DNA of 64,000 nucleotides. It comes from Anaeramoeba ignava BMAN (lineage: Eukaryota; Protista; Anaeramoebae). The position numbers and the translations under genes were made by a program. Where the stretch lies: positions 124,001 through 188,000 of the forward strand of contig JAPDFW010000136.1 of the NCBI GenBank assembly GCA_028826165.1. The letters run 5' to 3'. Below the pieces are notes generated by a model. The model did no database searches. It saw only the letters and a list, made by a program, of their open reading frames with translations, and was not told the DNA's origin. Below are positions 60,956-64,000 of the stretch, piece after piece. Numbering within the stretch: the first letter of the stretch is position 1; each line of letters begins with the position of its first letter.

Positions 60956-63900
60956 TTAATCTTGTTTTGTTATTGAAATTAAATGTTGAAATGGATAATT
61001 AAATGAAAAAATTGAATGTAATTTTCTACTTGATTTTCTACTTGATTTTCTACTTTTTGGATTTGAAAGAATATGAAATTTAAATTGATTTAGATCATAA
61101 ACTCCATAATTAATAAACGAAGCTTCAACATTAAAAATAAATTCAGTTTTTGAAGGAATATTTTGAATAAAATGATCAAATCCTTTCCAAAAAAAATTAG
61201 GTGAAAAAATTTGCTTTTTTTCCAAATTCAATGATTTAATTGAAGGAGAAACAATTTCAATTTCAATATTCAAAGGAATTGATAAAACATTTTTCAATTT
61301 AATTTTAACTGGAATTTGAGAAATTGGATTTTTATCAAAATCATGAATTATTGATTTTTGACTTGAAATTTCAAACTTAATTGGTAATTGTTCTTCATCA
61401 CATTTTAATTTCTGTTTTCGATGTGATTTTTGGATAATATTTCTAAATAATCTTGTTTCTGGGAAAATTTGAAGATTTAGAATATTTTGTTGTCCAATAA
61501 AATCATCTTGTTTTGATTTCCAAAAAATCATTAATCCAATTTCATTTTCTTTCCATATTCTTTGTTTTAAAGGTGGTTTTTTTCTATAAAGTTGAATGTT
61601 TTGCATTTTTTTCACTTTTTGAGTATTTGGTGATTTATCCAAAATTTTTTGAATTCGATCTTGAATTATTTTTGTTTCCAAATTGTTTTGTTTTGTTTCA
61701 TTATTAATTGGAATTTGGTTCAATTTGATTTTTGATAAAATTGTATCTTTTTGTTCATTTTCTGTTTCTGTTTCGAATTCTGTTTCTGTTTTGGCTTGTG
61801 TTTCTGTTTCTGTTTCGAATTCTGTTTCTGTTTTGGCTTGATTTTCTGATTCGGAAATTGTTTTTGTTTGATTTTCATTTTCGTTATCAATATCACTTTC
61901 TGTATCACTTTCATTACTAGATTCAATTTCACTTTGAATTTCATTTTCATTTTCATTTTCACTTTCTTTTTCTTTTTCTATTTCTTTTTCTATTTCTATT
62001 TCTATTTTATTTTCTATTTCATTTTGATTTTGATTTTCTTTTTCTATTTCTTTTTTATTTTGATTTTCATTTTCATTTTGATTTTCATTTTCAATTTCAT
62101 TTTCATTTTGATTTTCAATTTGATTTTCATTTTCAATTTGATTTTTATTTTCATTTTCAATTTGATTTTGATTTTCATTTTCAATTTGATTTTCAATTTG
62201 ATTTTCATTTTCAATTTGATTTTGATTTTCATTTTCAATTTCATTTTCAATTTCATTTTCAATTTTATTTTCATTTTGATTTTCAATTTGATTTTCATTT
62301 TCAATTTGATTTTGATTTTCATTTTCATTTGTATTCTCTTTTCTATTTCTTCTTTTAACTTCTTCGGGTTTCTTTCCTTTTTGAATTAAAGATATTGTTG
62401 GAAATTGTGAATGGAAATCAATCTTATTTTCTTCATTCAATAAAATATTAGAAATTATCAATTCATCATCAAATTCATTTTCTTTATCACTTTTTTTTCT
62501 TTTTTCATTTTCCTTAATTTTAAAATATAATATTGTTGATTGACTTGGTTGAAGAATTGTATTTTGATTTTGATTTTCGAAATTAAATATTCTTTCAATT
62601 TCTAAATTTTTTGATACTGAAGAAATTTGTAATAATTCAATTGCACTTTTATGATAAAAATTTTTAATTTCAACCATTAAAATAATTTTATCAGCAAAAT
62701 TAGAATCAACTCTTAAATTTGTTTTGGTAAATAAAGATGAAGTTGAATCAATTTCGGCTCCAATTTTGGAAATACGATAATTTAAATCTATATTTCTTTC
62801 GCTGCTTTGATAACAAAATAAAAATGGAACAGAAAATTTTTCTGGAGTTGTTGGATTAATCCATAAAGGTACTTTAATTGATTCATTTGGTTTTAATTCA
62901 TCTATTTTCAACTTTGTTATTGAGAGATCCTGTTTTTTATCTTCATCTTTAATTCTTACAATTTGAAGATCTTCATTTTGTTGAATATTTTGAATATTTT
63001 CTGAATTTTCTGAATTTTCCTTTTCTCCAAATACAAAGTAATTGCTATTAGGAATTTTAACAAATAAATTTTTCAATCCACATTTCCCAATATTTTGAAT
63101 ATCAATTATTGTTTTTTTGATTGAATTATCAAGTAAGAAATTTGGGAAATCTCTAATTCTAACATGTAGTAATGGCATTTCCTTTGTAATTTTCAATGTA
63201 AGTTGATTATCTGGAAGATAAATAGGATCAAATCTTTGTTTTCTTGTTTGGTTTAATCTTTTTCCTTTTAAATTGAATTTGATGAACATATTTACTGAAT
63301 CATTAAGAATTAATCTAATCCCGGTTATTGAAAATGTATCAATTCTTTCTGGAATAATTCTTAAAGATATTTTTTTCTTTTCTTTTGCTTGAAGAAATAA
63401 ATTGATTGATTCAGTTTTAAGGAATTTTTCTTCAATCATAAAATTTTGATTTTGATTTTGATTTTGATTTTGATTTTGATTTTGATTTTGATTTTGATTT
63501 TGAGAAGATTTTTTCTTTTTTGTTTTAGTTTTCTTTTTAGGTTCTATATCAAGAAGAGGGTGATCAGTAACTTTTTCTTCTAAATTTTGAATTTTCAATT
63601 CTCTTTTTGAAGAAACATCACCTTGATTTTCTTTTTGGTTATTTGAGGTTGTTTGTTCTTGAATTTGAGGTTCAAATAAATTGATTTTTTGTTCTTCATT
63701 ACTTTTTAAATTTTCCTTTTGATTTTCTTGTTCTTGTTTTTGATTTTCTTGTTCTTGTTTTTGGTTTTCTTGTTCTTGTTTTTGGTTTTCGAATTCTCCA
63801 ACAATATGAAGATTTGTAATTTTCAAAACTGCTTTCATTGGATTTTCAATTACAAATTGAACAAAAATTGGTTCATATATTGGACTAACTCTTGTATCTA

Positions 63901-64000
63901 ATTTTTTGACAATTCTATGATAATTTTTAATATGAATTCTTTGTATAATTCGATCAGTATTTGTTTTAAAAGGGATGATATCAGGACAAATTGAAGATAG
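60956..64000 (-). CDS. TRAPPC8: TRAPPC8/Trs85-like TRAPPIII subunit, 3' portion (5' end lies beyond the window)
   Basis: Frame stays open to the window end: YEPIFVQFVIENPMKAVLKITNLHI, PNESIKVPLWI, LFCYQS....LNYR, HDF..NPISQIPVKIKLKN, FFWKG, FINYGVYDLNQF. These fit TRAPPC8 C-terminal Ig-like domains; contains N/Q/E inserts. Confidence 0.7.
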   Translation of the reverse strand, partial: LSSICPDIIPFKTNTDRIIQRIHIKNYHRIVKKLDTRVSPIYEPIFVQFVIENPMKAVLKITNLHIVGEFENQKQEQENQKQEQENQKQEQENQKENLKSNEEQKINLFEPQIQEQTTSNNQKENQGDVSSKRELKIQNLEEKVTDHPLLDIEPKKKTKTKKKKSSQNQNQNQNQNQNQNQNQNQNFMIEEKFLKTESINLFLQAKEKKKISLRIIPERIDTFSITGIRLILNDSVNMFIKFNLKGKRLNQTRKQRFDPIYLPDNQLTLKITKEMPLLHVRIRDFPNFLLDNSIKKTIIDIQNIGKCGLKNLFVKIPNSNYFVFGEKENSENSENIQNIQQNEDLQIVRIKDEDKKQDLSITKLKIDELKPNESIKVPLWINPTTPEKFSVPFLFCYQSSERNIDLNYRISKIGAEIDSTSSLFTKTNLRVDSNFADKIILMVEIKNFYHKSAIELLQISSVSKNLEIERIFNFENQNQNTILQPSQSTILYFKIKENEKRKKSDKENEFDDELIISNILLNEENKIDFHSQFPTISLIQKGKKPEEVKRRNRKENTNENENQNQIENENQIENQNENKIENEIENEIENENQNQIENENQIENQIENENQNQIENENKNQIENENQIENQNENEIENENQNENENQNKKEIEKENQNQNEIENKIEIEIEKEIEKEKESENENENEIQSEIESSNESDTESDIDNENENQTKTISESENQAKTETEFETETETQAKTETEFETETENEQKDTILSKIKLNQIPINNETKQNNLETKIIQDRIQKILDKSPNTQKVKKMQNIQLYRKKPPLKQRIWKENEIGLMIFWKSKQDDFIGQQNILNLQIFPETRLFRNIIQKSHRKQKLKCDEEQLPIKFEISSQKSIIHDFDKNPISQIPVKIKLKNVLSIPLNIEIEIVSPSIKSLNLEKKQIFSPNFFWKGFDHFIQNIPSKTEFIFNVEASFINYGVYDLNQFKFHILSNPKSRKSSRKSSRKLHSIFSFNYPFQHLISITKQD

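Noticed and set aside
56377-64000. Inteins in the long ORFs
   Set aside because: No C/S...HN-C/S/T splice junctions or LAGLIDADG motifs were recognised; the inserts are low-complexity tracts.
1-64000. tRNA, rRNA or snRNA genes
   Set aside because: No GC-rich structured non-coding segment was visible; a tRNAscan-SE/Infernal run would be needed to exclude them formally.

Overview
Extremely AT-rich, intron-rich eukaryotic (protist) genomic DNA using the standard code and GT-AG spliceosomal introns. The gene families and composition suggest an amoeboid protist such as an Anaeramoeba-like metamonad (inference only). About 17 genes were reconstructed by hand: urocanate hydratase (about 21 exons, three of them overwritten by intron repeat), three Cys-rich putatively GPI-anchored surface proteins, RCC1-BTB-BTB, two PH-like-repeat proteins, BTB-BACK-TLDc (one in-frame TGA), G-alpha, PC4/Sub1, a PH/coiled-coil/I-LWEQ protein, eIF5A, a giant ankyrin-BTB-BTB, ZMAT2/Snu23, an RA-RA-PH-CH-CH protein, a DnaJA with a Ser-rich insert, a large PH-like-repeat protein and the 3' part of TRAPPC8. 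There is also a 5'-truncated BTB fragment inside a 4.7-kb segmental duplication. The main unexplained structures are: (1) three intergenic tandem arrays that all have nucleosome-sized periods (143-147 bp, plus a 167-bp doublet); (2) introns inflated by intron-specific microsatellites that largely avoid AG and turn over quickly; (3) a recurrent AAATCGGA motif and TGACG motifs in otherwise CG-poor non-coding DNA; (4) intronless BTB adaptor genes sharing one C-terminal module with swapped N-terminal repeat domains; (5) an unrecognised PH-like repeat family. No rRNA, tRNA, CRISPR, intein or transposase was recognised.
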